In this document: positions 1-14,053 of the stretch, piece after piece
Position numbering within the stretch: the first letter of the stretch is position 1
Layout of the letters: each line of letters begins with the position of its first letter
Assembly (NCBI RefSeq): GCF_964204645.1
Contig: NC_134028.1
Coordinates: forward strand, 25,540,345 to 25,604,344
DNA from: Tubulanus polymorphus
Taxonomy: Eukaryota; Animalia; Nemertea
Direction of reading: 5' to 3'
Length of the DNA: 64,000 bases
The notes under the pieces: model-generated
Databases searched by the model: none
Seen by the model: the letters and a program-made list of their open reading frames with translations, nothing else
Told to the model about the DNA's origin: nothing
Made by a program: the position numbers and the translations under genes

Positions 1-271
1 GGATAGAATACTGCATTATCAGTGTAGAAGAGATTTATATCTATCATTCTAACAAATTCGAGATTTACCTAAAACTCAAATTGTTTACTGTTTCTCTGAA
101 GATGAGATTTAGATAAATCACAAAAAACGCTCAGAATAATAGAGATAAGATATCACGTATGAATTCAATATGATATCAGGATTGATGTTCGTCAAGGCCT
201 AAGATTTAATTTCTCGAGATAAGACTATCAGCTACAACACGAGGCCCCGACTCGAATTAGAAACTACGCAC

Positions 272-3200
272 CTCTAAATCACAGAGCAGATCTTCAAATG
301 CAGTTCTGTTTGGAATGATTGAACTCTCGCGACCGCTGTCCACCGTCCCGACCAGTGAGAACGTCAAGTGTAGAATGTGGCTGTTCATTAATTGTCGTTT
401 CTTCTTGAATAACGTGGCTAACATCTGAGAGGAAAATAAACGACAATTCATATCAATTGCGTTCCTGTTTACAGTGAGCGCGGATCTACTCGATAAACTC
501 TACAGCGTGAAGTGTGTCAATAAAATGTTTAATGTCTGGTACTTGTAGTTCATTTTCAATTAATAATGTCTCAAGTGAAGCGCTGAACATGTGAAGTGTG
601 GACAATTAAGAATTGGAAGAAAGATGAAAAAGTTATGAATGTTATGAATAAGGGGCTGCAGACTGTGCGAGCAGTCAACAGGGTTCAGCCATCATACGGA
701 AACTAAAGATTTCGATGAACTGCTATGCGTGTAAATAGTGCCGATCACAGTGTTACGGACTGAAACATCTTATATTATCTCATTGTGTAATGTACATTAA
801 CCTGTAAACGTATTTTTCTATTATTATGCGCAGTCTCACGATAAACATTAAAAGTACGGATCTTATATGAACATGTTGTTCTCGCGAGATCCAAAATTAA
901 AGTTAGAGTTGGAGAGAGTCCAGACTGCCCAGGGGGGATGAAGGGTCCATATCGCAGATTAATTCGTACTCGTAATCGTACCTGATATCCTCGAGTTCGT
1001 TCCATTTCCTTCATCGCCGAACGATTGTTACGCACGACGCAGACGAGAGCTTTAACCGCCGCGTATAAACCTTCGACGTCGTTCGCCATCGCGATCAATC
1101 CGAGCAGAGCAGACGTACCGCCGACATTCTCTAACATACGAGCTACCGGCTTCGGACAAAATGTTCGAACACCTACAAATACAGCAAACTACTAGCTAAC
1201 AATACTCATACAAGGTGGTCACTTTTATTTCACTTGCTTTTCCGCGACTATTCCTTGACATGTACATTGTTTTCCCCGATTTGATCTGCTAGTCAATTTT
1301 CACAGTCAAATATCTAAGACACAGACCGAAACTGTTTGATTTTACACATGATCTAGCAATCTCAACCTATTTCCCTGACTTTTTCCTGCTTTCAAGCTTT
1401 TTTTACAAAATTCACTGACTTTACCTAAATATCCCATAAGTATCGCTCCAAGAGATCTGGCTGGGCCGCTCAGGTGAGCAGCTGAGTTATGCAGTATACG
1501 AATTGGTGTAGCATTTTCATGTGCTGACATCGATAACTATAAGATGATAAGTTGAATATTTCATCAATTCATGAACGAAATGATTTTGACTGATTTTTAA
1601 CTCTACCTCACAACTGTAGAACTGTTGTACGGTATCTATACCTGTTTGGCAATCGATTTACTGTCGATTTTGTTGTAAACTTTACGAATCTTGGCGATTG
1701 TCATCAGCGACATCGTATGAGCGTGTAGAGAGAATATGACTTTATCTTCAGAGACGAGTGGAGCGCATAGTTCTATAACCGGGTCTGTACGCGTCGGTTT
1801 ACCTGCAACATTGTTCCCATAGTTACATGAATTCAATGTTGAACTTCCCGAGTATTTCATGGGAGATTTTCAATTTTCCCAAATGTAAATGGGGCCTTCA
1901 TAAAAATTAGCAGATAACATCGGGGATGTCAACATTTTAGAGGTGACAGTTTAAATAAAGGTGAATTTCAAGAAATATTGTTTAAGATAGTTGCCCTTAG
2001 AGATTTAGACATAGACATCCCAGAACTATGCTCCATGAGATGTAAAATGAATTTTGCAAATATTTTCCAGCTTAGGAGAATGTTATCAAATTCCCAAATA
2101 CTTCCAAACTGGGAAATATCATTTTGAAATACCCAAGTTTTTCTCAAATTGCCAGTAATTTTTGGAACCAAACCGAGTAAACTATGACATAATTTGAAAA
2201 TATAAATGTTACTAAGGAAAGTTAGGTACAGAAACTAAGAGACAATCGCTAAGACAAATAGATACATGAATAGATGTCAAATCATCAACTGTGGGTTTTG
2301 CTCTGTGAGTCGTATGACATACCGGTAAACGGAGCTTGAAAACAGCCGATATAATTCGGTCCGCAACGAAATATCGTTTGAACGAGGTTGACGGAGAGAA
2401 CCTCTTCGATCAGATGACACGGTCCTTGTCTCCAGACGAGCGCCGATTGACGACGTATCGCCGGTGGAGTTCCGATATACGTGAATACAGACGTCACAGC
2501 AGCCGGACTCGCCGTTCCTCCGCCTCCAAGATTCGGTGAAATATAGTGTAACTGAAATCAAATACAGATATTTTTACACAAGTTTTAATTCAATTTATAC
2601 ATACAGTAATCCAGTGCGCAAGTCGGATCGCTTTACGTAAAGATGAACGCTCAACTCTGAGGAAAATGTTCGGTCCCATTTTTCAAATTTTCAAATAAAT
2701 TTCTGTACCAAAACTGGATTCTTTAAGTCACCTAAGTCATAGTATTTTAATGGTAAAACCAGTAGCTGTAAGTCGATATGTGTGTGTAGTATGCTAACTA
2801 CATCTATACCCCCGGTAACTATAGGTTGAGAAGCTTGTAAGCCTCAGTTCTGCAGTCGTTATATAAGACAATCGATACATGTTACAAAGATTGAGCCATT
2901 CAAGCCAAAAAAGCTTTGCATTCATAAGTTAGAAAATTGTTCCAAGTCAGAGATAGATCTCGTCCCAAAACATCGAATTAAGCATGGTTTATTGTATCAG
3001 ATTAATTTTGTCTTGAAGTTTATTTTTACCCGTTGAGTGTTGACTAATTCACCGTCTATATAAACACTGACGCTGCTGTTTTTCATGATGCCGGCTCTGT
3101 GGAATATCAACACCAGATGGTGCCACTGTCCTTCTTGCGTTAGTTCCGGGCACCAGAATCTTACGGTGTTCTCATTGAGTGGAGGGTCGCTATAGCAATC

Positions 3201-6200
3201 GCCCAGACCTACAAAATATCATATTCATTGAGATTGAGTTTTCTGACTTGTCAGAGACTGCAGACCAATCTAACCTATTGCTCAAATTGTTCAAGGATTC
3301 TGAAATGTTTGCCTTCGGCACTCGGCGGACACGCTGCAAAGTAATTCTGTTTGTATTTATCCTGAACCCCTTTAAAAAATCCTAGCGGCACCACGGAGTA
3401 TTTATCTTTTCCTGGCGTATAACTTACCTTGATTAGGCATGAGCGTTTCTAGCGTTGAGGCGTACAGCGCTCGATCTCGCGCCGACAAATAAACGTTCAA
3501 ACAGATGAGATTCTCATCGCGACCTTGAATCGTACGAACGATCGTCAGCAGACGCACCGGGTGTAGGTCACCGACATCGGAAAATTTATCCACGCATATC
3601 CACGTGGAAAATGTGAAGCCATATTGCGGCGGGAAGACTCTTTCACCTGGAAAATCGTGAATTCAATGAAACAGAATCAAAGGGTCGGGTCTTAACCCTT
3701 TCATTGCCGACGCTTTCATACTCTAAAATGATAGATGATTTGAACATTTGGGAAAACTCCACCCTAGTGCGTTGTATCCTCAGTTACTGATATTTCTATG
3801 TTCGACAGGTGCAACCATCTGAAACTGGGAATCGTTTATAACCTACCTGTACCGATACCACCGACGATAGCCGTATCAGCAGCACCGACCATGCCGACAC
3901 CGACGACAGACGGGGTAGGGGGACCCTGCGGCGCGATACTCGGCAAATACAGACAACTAAATCCCTCGGCGCTCATATCGAACTCTACGAACGTCGGGGT
4001 CAAGGTCGTTCCGTGGAATCGTACGTCGCGCGGCGTCGTCATCGAAACTAAACATTTGACGCGGGTTAGAGGCACCGGACCGCCGGACGTTTTGAGCATT
4101 TCTTTCTCGGCGTTGTTGGCGCCGTCGTAGCTTTCGTACAACGCGTCGTAATTCTCGTCGAGATCGAGACACGATAACGGATTGTCGAGACGCAAGAAAT
4201 CTCTGGAAAACACAACGTTTATTGATACAGCGTAATATCTCCGGTTATGTTTCATATAGACAGTGACTCCATTGCATGGTTCACACAGTTATATGAATTC
4301 AAAACTCCAAAGTTTTTCCCAAGTATTTCATGGGTGATTTTTCAATTTTCCCCAATGGAAATGAACAGATATCGTCATGCAACAGTCAACATTTTAGCGG
4401 TGACTGGTTGATAAAGGTGATTTTCAAGGGAAATTGCTGAAGAAAGTTGCCTTTGGCAAATGCAATATGCGAAATGTAATGAATTTTCCAAGTATATCCC
4501 TGATTAAATAAGAAGCAACCACCTGAAATATTTCTAATTTCTAAATAAACTTTTTAGATTCATTCATTTATTGTTTTGGGATTCATTCATTTATTGTTGG
4601 ATTTTTACTCATATAGACAGTGGGTATGGGGTAAATTGTCAATTAGGGCGACAACCACCATAGTAACAATGAGAAATCACGGTAATAACTGACAAATTTA
4701 AAAATGTTCCCGGGGATTATTTTGCCACCACGCATATGAAACTCGACCTAGGAAATTTAAAGAGAAAAAGTTTATGAATTGTTACCTAAGATCTCTAGGG
4801 GTAAGCGACTGAGCTGCCAGCCTTTCGAATATATATTGCAACGGCGTGTGCAGCAGATGATTCTCGTCGGACAGCGCCACCGCGCAGTGAGATAGTAACT
4901 CGTGAGGAAGACCAGCTTCGCACATTACTTGTTGATTTCGTTCTTTACGCATCAACGATTTCAGCACTTCACACGTGTGAACCTGAAGCTCATACGCCAA
5001 CTATAATAAATATCCAACGCAAAACATTACTACAACGAGTTCATACATCGCTGCGTAATTCAGAATTTGTGAGGATTTTTCGAGAAGAAAATATCAAAAT
5101 TCGAAGAGGTCTATGCCGCAGTAATTTCGAATATTCGACAAAATATCATAAGAAAATGTACCAACAATCAGCAGCAACATTAATAATTAATTCTAATGGA
5201 GACATCTCTGCACAATTGACGCGACACAATGTGTAATTTTCAGACTATCCCTAAATTGAAGAGGTTTCAGAGTAATTTTTCAAATTAGAGGATATTCGTG
5301 GTACATGAGAAATGTTTTTTTTTTCAATTTCGAGTAGTATGAACCCTGGTTGATGACTGGGAGCTTACTACAGCGGCCTTCTAGGCTTCGCTTGGCCCTC
5401 ATAGAAATGTATACATAGGCTATCAGCCTACCATTTATTCTACCCGCGCATCATATTATCAAATCAAACTTCGTTGAAACATTCTACTGGGTACCGGTAA
5501 ACGCATATCTGTTTCTTTTCTATGAAATAGATGAACTTGAAGAACTAAAGAAATAATGTATTGTATGAAGACGAAGAATTCGAACCTGTTTATCGGTGAG
5601 ACATTCGATAGCCGGCATCAGATGAAGTATAGAAGTAACAGCGCCGGCGTGTACGATGATCGGATCCGGCTGTAGAGAATTCAACGATAACGATAAACTA
5701 CCCGTACTATTGCGTTTACCGATACTTCCTAAAGATGGTGTCTTTTTCATCGCGCTCTGACAGCCTTCCATTCCCGAGGTCACGCGTTTGACACCCGCGA
5801 CTTTTTGCACTTGGAATGGTCTGCGAAAAATTGAGAGAATAAGTTTCTTAATATTTTCGGCCTTAAATTCCTATTTCTGGATTTCAGACTGCACTCGCTT
5901 CACGATGACGATGGATTGTAGTCAAAACTTAAAATACTTTGTCCAGGCATGCGAAAATCAGACAATGGGTGGCCACTTTCCACCAATTTACAAATTCTGA
6001 GTTTTCCCTGGTTTTTTCTAGATCTTATCGATTCCTTGAGTTTTCCAGGTCAGTGGCCACCCTGTCACGAGTAAATTAGAAATATTTTGTCCACGGCAAA
6101 TGATAATCAGAGGCAATCAGCTCCGAAGCAAACGCAGTCTACCGTGGAAGTGTCCTTAATCTTACTTGTCAAATGCATCTAAAGCCATATCGTAAAGATA

Positions 6201-9200
6201 ACGTATCATACGACAGGAAGATATCAAACTTTTTGGTAAATCAAGATGAAGCCTGAAAAAACGAACATAGTCGATGAATTCAGAATCTCACTGATAAAAC
6301 ACTCAGTATCTCGGGCATTTAGGATTTTCTACCTAGATTCTTTCAACGTGCAGAAGAACTCCTCAAAAGGAGGCTCGTCAGCCGTCTGCCAATCGTTTCC
6401 GTAAACGGCTACGTCTGTGGTCGGACTGAAACAGCCGAGTAACCGCACCGCTTCGGTTAGACTCCCGTAGCGTACTTCCGTCGCGAAAAACTTCGCATTG
6501 GCCGGTTCGTACCTCATCGCGATCGTAAGAGTACTGAACACCGATTTCAACAACGTCAGAATTTCTTTACGTGGAACTGAAATAGATGAGTTCACATGAA
6601 TGTCTAGATGAGTTCACATGAATGTCTAGATGAGTTCACATGAATGTCTAGATGAGTTCACATGAATGTCTAGATGAGTTCACATGAATGTCTAGATGAG
6701 TTCACATGAATGTCTAGATGAGTTCACATGAATGTCTAGATGAGTTCACATGAATGTCTAGATGAGTTCACATGAATGTCTAGATGAGTTCACATGAATG
6801 TCTAGATGAGTTCACATGAATGTCTAGATGAGTTCACATGAATGTCTAGATGAGTTCACATGAATGTCTAGATGAGTTCACATGAATGTCTAGATGAGTT
6901 CACATGAATGTCTAGATGAGTTCACATGAATGTCTAGATGAGTTCACATGAATGTCTAGATGAGTTCACATGAATGTCTAGATGAGTTCACATGAATGTC
7001 TAGATGAGTTCACATGAATGTCTAGATGAGTTCACATGAATGTCTAGATGAGTTCACATGAATGTCTAGATGAGTTCACATGAATGTCTAGATGAGTTCA
7101 CATGAATGTCTAGATGAGTTCACATGAATGTCTAGATGAGTTCACATGAATGTCTAGATGAGTTCACATGAATGTCTAGATGAGTTCACATGAATGTCTA
7201 GATGAGTTCACATGAATGTCTAGATGAGTTCACATGAATGTCGTGTAAATGAACGAGTATATTGACATCGATCTCAAGTGTTTCAGAGTTAACGAACAAA
7301 ACCCACAGTTGATGATTTAATCATTTGTTTTCCGACAGTTTTGACTAAACTTCATCATCAGAGAAACAATCTTTTTTAAATGAAGAAATTTAAAATGATT
7401 CCTTCATTTATCTACAGTAGGCCCTATACATGGATTATAGTGTTTATTCGACAACTAACAATCTTTTTTGTTACTCTGATGATTAAATCATTAACCCTTT
7501 CAGTGCGTCTACACCGCAATGCGGTGTATAAATCAGTGATAGATTTTGCTAGTACACCGCACTGCAGTGTATTGATGTAATTAGTAATTATCTCTCTTGA
7601 AAAATGGCAGCACCTGTCAAACATAGTGAAATATTAGTTACTAACGATACATCGCGCCGCGGTGTAGACGCACTATAGTGTTATTCCTGTTATTCAACAC
7701 ACTAGGGTGGAATTTCTTAAAATTTTCAAATTATCTCCAGCACTATAGGGTATTAATTAGTCAGCACTGAAAGGGTTAACAGTGGGATTTGTTCATTCAC
7801 TCTGAAACGCCGAGATCAATATCAGTGCACTAGTAATGTTGCGTAAGATTCTTATAAGCACTGCTAAATTATCGATTACTACGTACTATTCTCCCAAGGT
7901 GTTCGCGGTGGATCTGCCAAACAGCCTTCCATCGATACTAATACGGACATAACATACACGAAACCACCGACTTTACGGAATACTGTTCGAGTACGATGAC
8001 TTTCTCTTAAGCAATTCAACAGAGCCTATCGACATAAAACAAGCAAACACTAAACACGTGATCAAAAATGTATCAGCCGCAAGTATTAGTAATAGAACTT
8101 TATCACTGGTTTTACCTTGAGTATATGTGTTTTGAGTTCTAACGCGGTTACAGGAGCCGTATGCATCAGTCCTAGTAACGTTCCCATATCGTCGTCGCCA
8201 CCATTCGATACGATTAACTGTTGCACGATGTTCAAAGCCTGCTGTCTACAGATGAGGTATGGAACCATGTTGTGGGCGCATCTAGCACCACCGCATTCAC
8301 GAAATACAACTATAGACAAAGATAACGTAGAGATATTGAATTCATTTAGATACAGTCTCTGAAAACATATTATCATGTAGAAATGATGTTAACAAATACC
8401 TGCGTTAGGCGAATTTCCGCTGAGAGCGTGTATCAGACCTTCCATCACTAAACTACCGAGCTGTTGTTCATTTGCTTGTACTTCTTTTCCTGTAAATTAA
8501 CGACGAATTTGATGCAACGAATAGAACGTGCAGGAGTGGATGCAAGGACTAATGTTCAAAGTCTTGCGACATATTAAGGGCTATTTTGATCGTAGAAAGG
8601 CTTATCTAGAGACTTATTAGCAATTGAGGTGTCGCATTTTTGGATGGGTTAGATGCATTATACAGCATTTCCAAATGGAAAGCTTTTCCTTGACCTATAT
8701 GCAATAGAAGTTATGTTAATAAGATTCTATATATTAAGGCATTAAAAAGTTATTGTTCATTCAGAAAAGTGCAACATTGAAGGTCCTGTACAAGGCCCAT
8801 AAGACTCCTGCATTCACGCCTAATGTCATCAGAAACAGGTTCACTATCGCATCATTCCGCGACAATATCTGAATAGACTAACCTTGAGATGAGGATTCTT
8901 CAGCGTCGCTGAGTAAAGCGGCGTAACGATTCAAACACGTAACCATCACTTCTAACAGACCCACTTCTCGAAATACATCTTTAAACATGATTTGATGCTT
9001 GAGAATTTTCAACAATGTTCCCATACACAATATACTGCACTGGACCGACCTGAAGTAAACGGTATTAAAATTGTGCTCTTTTGAAAGTGTTTATGAATAA
9101 ACAGAGTTTCAAGGCCCATTTCACAGATGACTTAAACTTTCCTTTAAGTCCCATTAGCATTTTGTTTAATGATAATGTTAATACCGCGAATACAAGATAC

Positions 9201-12200
9201 GTACGTCTGCGTTTTAATCAGAATGCTGCAACTAATGAGTTCCTTGCACGGCACGAAATTCAAGTTGAAAACCAAGAAATGTAGCATTTCAAAGAACTTT
9301 GACTGCAAATAAATAAATCATAATATCATTTTGTTCAAATTCATGGAATTATGGCAATTAATTAGCATAACTACAGTAATCTTTGCCAAACTCGGACTTT
9401 CGAATACCTGAATAGGAATGAACAGAAATGAAATCATTATTCTGACTTCTTAACATATTTTCCTATTGTTTATCCGGTTTGTCCGAGTAAGGCAAGGAAG
9501 GTTTACTCTATCATCATGTAAGAAAATCTACAGCAATCCGTAAGACCAATCAATACCAGTAGATGTGGAGACATTTACTACAGTCATTACACAGATTGAC
9601 CAGTTGTTGCTTCATACCTGAATTTCAGCCGGTTTAAGGTGGATCTTCTCAGCAAATTGCGACAGAGTATGCTGCGGTTCGAGTATGAAATAATTCGCGT
9701 TGTCCTGGTGATAAATGCTGTTTATTACGTCCAAGATCGTGTTGCACAAGTGAGTCGTCGAAGACTGAAAATTATATAGGAAACTATGACGAATGCAACA
9801 ATCGACGATGTGTACAGGGTTCTTACAGATCAACGAATCCAAAGACGCCCGACACAGATCAGAAATTCTCTGATTGAATTATCAGATATCCTCAGCGGGG
9901 GCTATTTTTTCTCGGTCTGTTTCTTGTACCACCCATCACCAGCAAGAACAACAGGATTCAAATACCATGATTAGATTATAAGATATTCTCAGAGGGAGCT
10001 GTTTGTTCTCCTCTTTACCAGCAACAACAGGATTCAAATTCCCTGATTAGATTATAAGATATTCTCAGAGGGAGCTGTGTATTCTCCTCTTTACCAGCAA
10101 CAACAGGATTCAAATATTGCCCGATTTTTAAGCAAAAGCAGCCGTGGAAAAGAGTCAGAATTTCCTGTAAATTCACCCGCGGGGAAAAATAAATCCCAAA
10201 TTCCCTGATCCTGTAAGAACCCTGAATGCAGAGTAATGAACCTGGAATTGAAGTTTACCTTGATGAAGACTGATTGTAGAACTTGAAATGCTTGAATATT
10301 ACGCACACTGACGCCTAAATCAACAGAAACATTCAATAAATATCGATCATCATTAAATGGCTTTGAATGCATGTTTCCCATAAACCGACCAAATCACACC
10401 CGACATTCACAGAATTCTCCTCAGAATTTTCCCTTTAACCCTTAAACGGATAGTAAGGTATGTCTAGACCGTCACATCAGATATAGAAAATCACAAGATC
10501 CACTAGACACTTATAAAACATGCATCAACTAAGTTTCCATAACCTTAATGACCATGGGGGGGGGGGGGGGAATTTCAAAAACCTTTCACTCCCAGAGCCC
10601 CATAAAATGATAAGATTATTTCTATTCCAAATAATTAACATTAGAAATAATAGAAACTTGTCGCAGCCTATGAAGTGTCGGGGTCAACAGATTTTGTTGT
10701 TATATCTTCCAATATTGTGGGTCTTCTATATACACTTCGATTCTAGGACGATTGCCCCCGGAGAATTATCTGTGTTACTTTAAGATTAAAAAGATTTAAT
10801 TTGGGGGGCAATTGTCTGGGGGTGGGCCGTTGTCCGGGGGGCAATTGTCCTGACACCGGGTATTTTATGTACGATGTGTCTCCTCCGTAGGCTCAGTGAA
10901 TCAAATGAGACAAACAACAACATGAAATAGGACATCATTGAGAGAAACCCACAATATCAATTTACACAACTGATTTTTTCTTACGTTTAAAGTGGAATCC
11001 TTCCAGCCATCTTCAGAGTTAATTTAAAGTGGAGATTAACTGAAGATGGGTGGAAGGATTCCACCTAAAACTTAAAAATAACAACTGCAGTTGTTTAAAT
11101 TGATATTGTGGATTTCTATCGATGATATTCATCAAGACTGGAAATAGTCTCAACTATTTACAACCACGGTTCAATTTTCAATCAGGAGTTTGGAGCATGA
11201 AAGCAAAGACAGCGGGAAAAACTGTTCATTCGATATAATATGAACGATACCGATATCTCCTCGATGTCATCGAGAAGAAAAGAATTTCAAGAAGAACAGA
11301 CAAATATGATCTAAGATTAGTTCATGAAAACACCTTTCATTAATAACACCTTTAGATATAAATGCTACCTGCCTCCAAATACTGCAAAATCAATAAGCGA
11401 TTAGAATTATTATCACGGGGCAGACGAACCAGTTCATTTAATCAAATCTTGAACCTATTTTGCAAGTGACGTTTACCTTTTCCAGAGGGTTGAGGTAAAA
11501 CGAATCCGGGTAGCTGAAACAACGAACCGGTGCTTGCGCTGCTCGGTTTCAACTCGATGAATCCACACGTCGTCAGTGAACCGACTAATAATACCAGATT
11601 CCTCAACGCTTGTTTAGCTTCTTCACTCGTATCCTGTTCAAGTCTGGACGGAGAGAGAGAGAAATAAATCATTACAGACATTCGATCAAATAGACCGTAG
11701 ATAGGATTTTTGCTACCATTTTCTCGTTGAAGGATATCGTCGACCACTCACCGAAGCAAGAACTCCGATAGGAAGATGTAACCCTGACAGGCTCTGAAGT
11801 CGTCGAGAAGGACTTGCGAAACTTCACTCGAATCTTTCAGGAAACAGAATACGGTGACGAACATTTCGACAATCTCGAGCGGCGACAGTTCCTGAACGCG
11901 TTGCATGTTGTCGATACATAACACAACGCAGCCTTTCTCTGAAAAACAATACAAAAACAACTTTGTATCTCGGATGTGCAGTTGAAAACTAATGACTGAT
12001 GCCATTCAAAGACCACGACCATCATTTAAAGATTTTAGACCTGATTCAATGGTACACAAGGCTTTGTAAATGACCCATTCCCATTTTAAAACTTTTAAGG
12101 GCCTTCAAAGCGGGATCTTTCATTATATAAACTTCGGTCTAACCGATAAAGTGATGTATTCAGTGAGGAAGATGCAACAACGTTCGAGCGCCTGGTTTCA

Positions 12201-14050
12201 GCAATCTATCGCCGAAGACCGCTCAGTAAACGTACCGTGAATATACTGTACAACATTCGGGGTAAGACCGTGTCTGGAAAGTGTCATGAGAACTTCGGCC
12301 GAGCTTTTCCTCCACGGTACGTTGTGCGTCGGACACCAGCTCGTGATCGCGCTGAATAATAACGTGAGATCGTCGCGTCGCGCTAGCTCCTCAGCCGGTG
12401 AAGGGTGGCCACATAAATGCATCAAAACCTGAAACGAATTTATCTATGGTTAAACACTAAGATTATCCGAGCCTGGACTCGAGTCAGTTCGACTCAAGAA
12501 TTAACTCATTACAAAATGAACTAAATTCAACTCGGAGTTAACTCCTCAGATCACGACTTTGGAACTGCACGCTGAATGATGGAAAGGGTAATTTTTTTAT
12601 TAATTAAGCCTTTGGGTGCTTTGCTCATTAGGCCAGGACAGAAATAAATAGACTTTTGGAAATTAGTTTTAGACTTCCTCAAAATTGAAGTAGTTTTTCG
12701 TAGAGTTTAAGAGTATCACTCAAAATGAGAGGCGATTTGAGGTCCTCGAAAATGTTTCTTAGATGAGATTTTAAAAAAGAGATTTCATGGAATTGAGTTC
12801 CTCGGACTAGCTCGTATATCCTCGCAAGGCCCTACGTGAATACATTACCTGAACAAAAACTTTTTGCAGAAGAATCCTTCGTTCGCGTGAAGTGAACTCG
12901 CTTTCCGGCGCTTTCTCATCGGCGTTTTCAACGTCGGGCAAATCGAAAAACAGATATAAACATTTAACGAGCGTCGAGGGAAGCGAGGTGGAGGTCATGC
13001 AGTCGATGAGACTCGTCGGACCGGACGACAGAATGTTGATGACGCTCAGTAACATCCAGCCGTTAGACGCTTCCTCCGTCGATTCGATCTCGAGGAATTT
13101 GACGATCGCGCAGCTCGCCGCATCGGTCGACTGATTCGACGCGCGTCGACGGATCTCGCTTACCATCAACTTCGACACGTGACTCGTAAACTGTAGAATG
13201 TCGCTGAATTTCTCCGTCATATCGCTCGAGTGAGCCGTTCCAAATACCTGCAACAAAACAACGACGACAATTCAAAAGTCAGTTGATCGCCAACTTTTTG
13301 TTATTCACTAAATTTGGAAATCAGGGTCCAGTTCCATAGTGAGGGCTTAGACTTAAGAACAGTCTAAAACAAACTTAGTTCTATAGCCAATCTAACAACT
13401 TAAGACCAGTCTTAAGATTTAAGACCACTTTTGGTCTTAAGTCTTGACTATGGAACCGGCCCCAGGACAAAATAGACGAAACAAAAAATGTCTTTTTGTT
13501 TTTAGAATCCAATCAATTAACACAATCAAATACAAGTCATAGATCGAAAATGTTTGATTATACGTGCGATCAAACTCAATTTCAACAAATTTCCCTGACT
13601 TATCCTTGATTTTACGAGATACCCCGACTTATCCCGATTCAAGCTTTTTTTTACAAAACTCCTCACGCTGGTTTTATAGACTGGTATTACCTTTTTAACC
13701 CAGGGGCTAAGTTAATCAAAACAAAATTGAGTTATCCTGCGGGTTAAAGGTAATACCAGTCTATAAAACCAGCCCCTCGACTATTAGGGCCTACCTGAAT
13801 TTCTTAAAGATAAGAAAATTCCCAGGCTTTTCCCTGATTTCTGTTACAGCAGAGATGAACTGACCTTTATAAAGAGAGGTAGCATATTGTATAGTTTATC
13901 CTCCATTTCTTTAGCCGAAGCGTTCGTTGTTCTGTATTCGTTGAATAGTTTACGCAGATGCATGAATCCCAGCGTGTTATCCTGTTGATTTTGCGCATGC
14001 ATATCCAGTTGAGACCGTGATTGGCCGACGAACTTTCGCACGATGTTCAT
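272..14050 (-). CDS. WDFY3: WD repeat and FYVE domain-containing protein 3 (ALFY / blue cheese ortholog), 5' portion; gene continues beyond the left edge
   Basis: The N-terminus MNIVRKFVG..QDNTLGFMHLRKLF..KLYNMLPLF|VFG..MTEKFSDILQFT..EIRRRASN..STLVKCLYLFFDLP matches the known WDFY3 N-terminus. There are 24 GT-AG exons with consistent phases: 14050-13865, 13247-12849, 12428-12236, 11938-11752, 11643-11477, 10314-10259, 9764-9618, 9302-9205, 9049-8883, 8489-8400, 8309-8116, 8025-7887, 6576-6333, 6252-6166, 5820-5586, 5000-4786, 4202-3847, 3646-3428, 3208-3030, 2551-2323, 1802-1642, 1536-1425, 1172-982, 424-272. The C-terminal PH-BEACH/WD40/FYVE part is outside the window. Confidence 0.96.
3696..3775. 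mobile_element. Partial copy of the piggyBac-type MITE end
   Basis: TTAA|CCCTTTCA followed by sequence similar to one end of the 7495/59059 elements. Confidence 0.45.
6583..7242. repeat. Minisatellite: 30 identical copies of 22-bp TAGATGAGTTCACATGAATGTC in a WDFY3 intron
   Basis: 660 bp = 30 x 22; no spacers and no variants seen. Confidence 0.97.
7495..7775. mobile_element. Non-autonomous piggyBac-type MITE
   Basis: TTAA target-site duplication on both sides and a perfect 12-bp TIR, CCCTTTCAGTGC/GCACTGAAAGGG. Confidence 0.85.
9938..10116. repeat. Tandem duplication of a ~76-79 bp unit (about 2.3 copies)
   Basis: ACCAGCAACAACAGGATTCAAAT recurs at ~9938, 10017 and 10093. Confidence 0.8.
10934..11126. 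repeat. ~190-bp imperfect palindrome (foldback/MITE-like)
   Basis: Nested inverted repeats CACAATATCAATTTA/TAAATTGATATTGTG and GTGGAATCCTTCCA.CCATCTTCAG/CTGAAGATGG.TGGAAGGATTCCAC. Confidence 0.75.
13324..13463. mobile_element. MITE with GGG..CC termini (Harbinger-like)
   Basis: TIR GGGTCCAGTTCCATAGT / ACTATGGAACCGGCCCC; internal CTTAAGACC repeats. Confidence 0.65.
13667..13773. mobile_element. Short palindromic MITE
   Basis: Long perfect inverted repeat GCTGGTTTTATAGACTGGTATTACCTT; a related copy is at 53337-53440. Confidence 0.8.
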
Positions 14051-14053
14051 TTT

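Noticed and set aside
1173-1424. Introner-like intron creation by the MITE filling this intron
   Set aside because: The element ends do not coincide with both splice sites; insertion into an existing intron is simpler.
6583-7242. CRISPR-like array with a palindromic 22-bp repeat
   Set aside because: The units are head-to-tail with no spacers, there are no cas genes, and the context is a eukaryotic intron.
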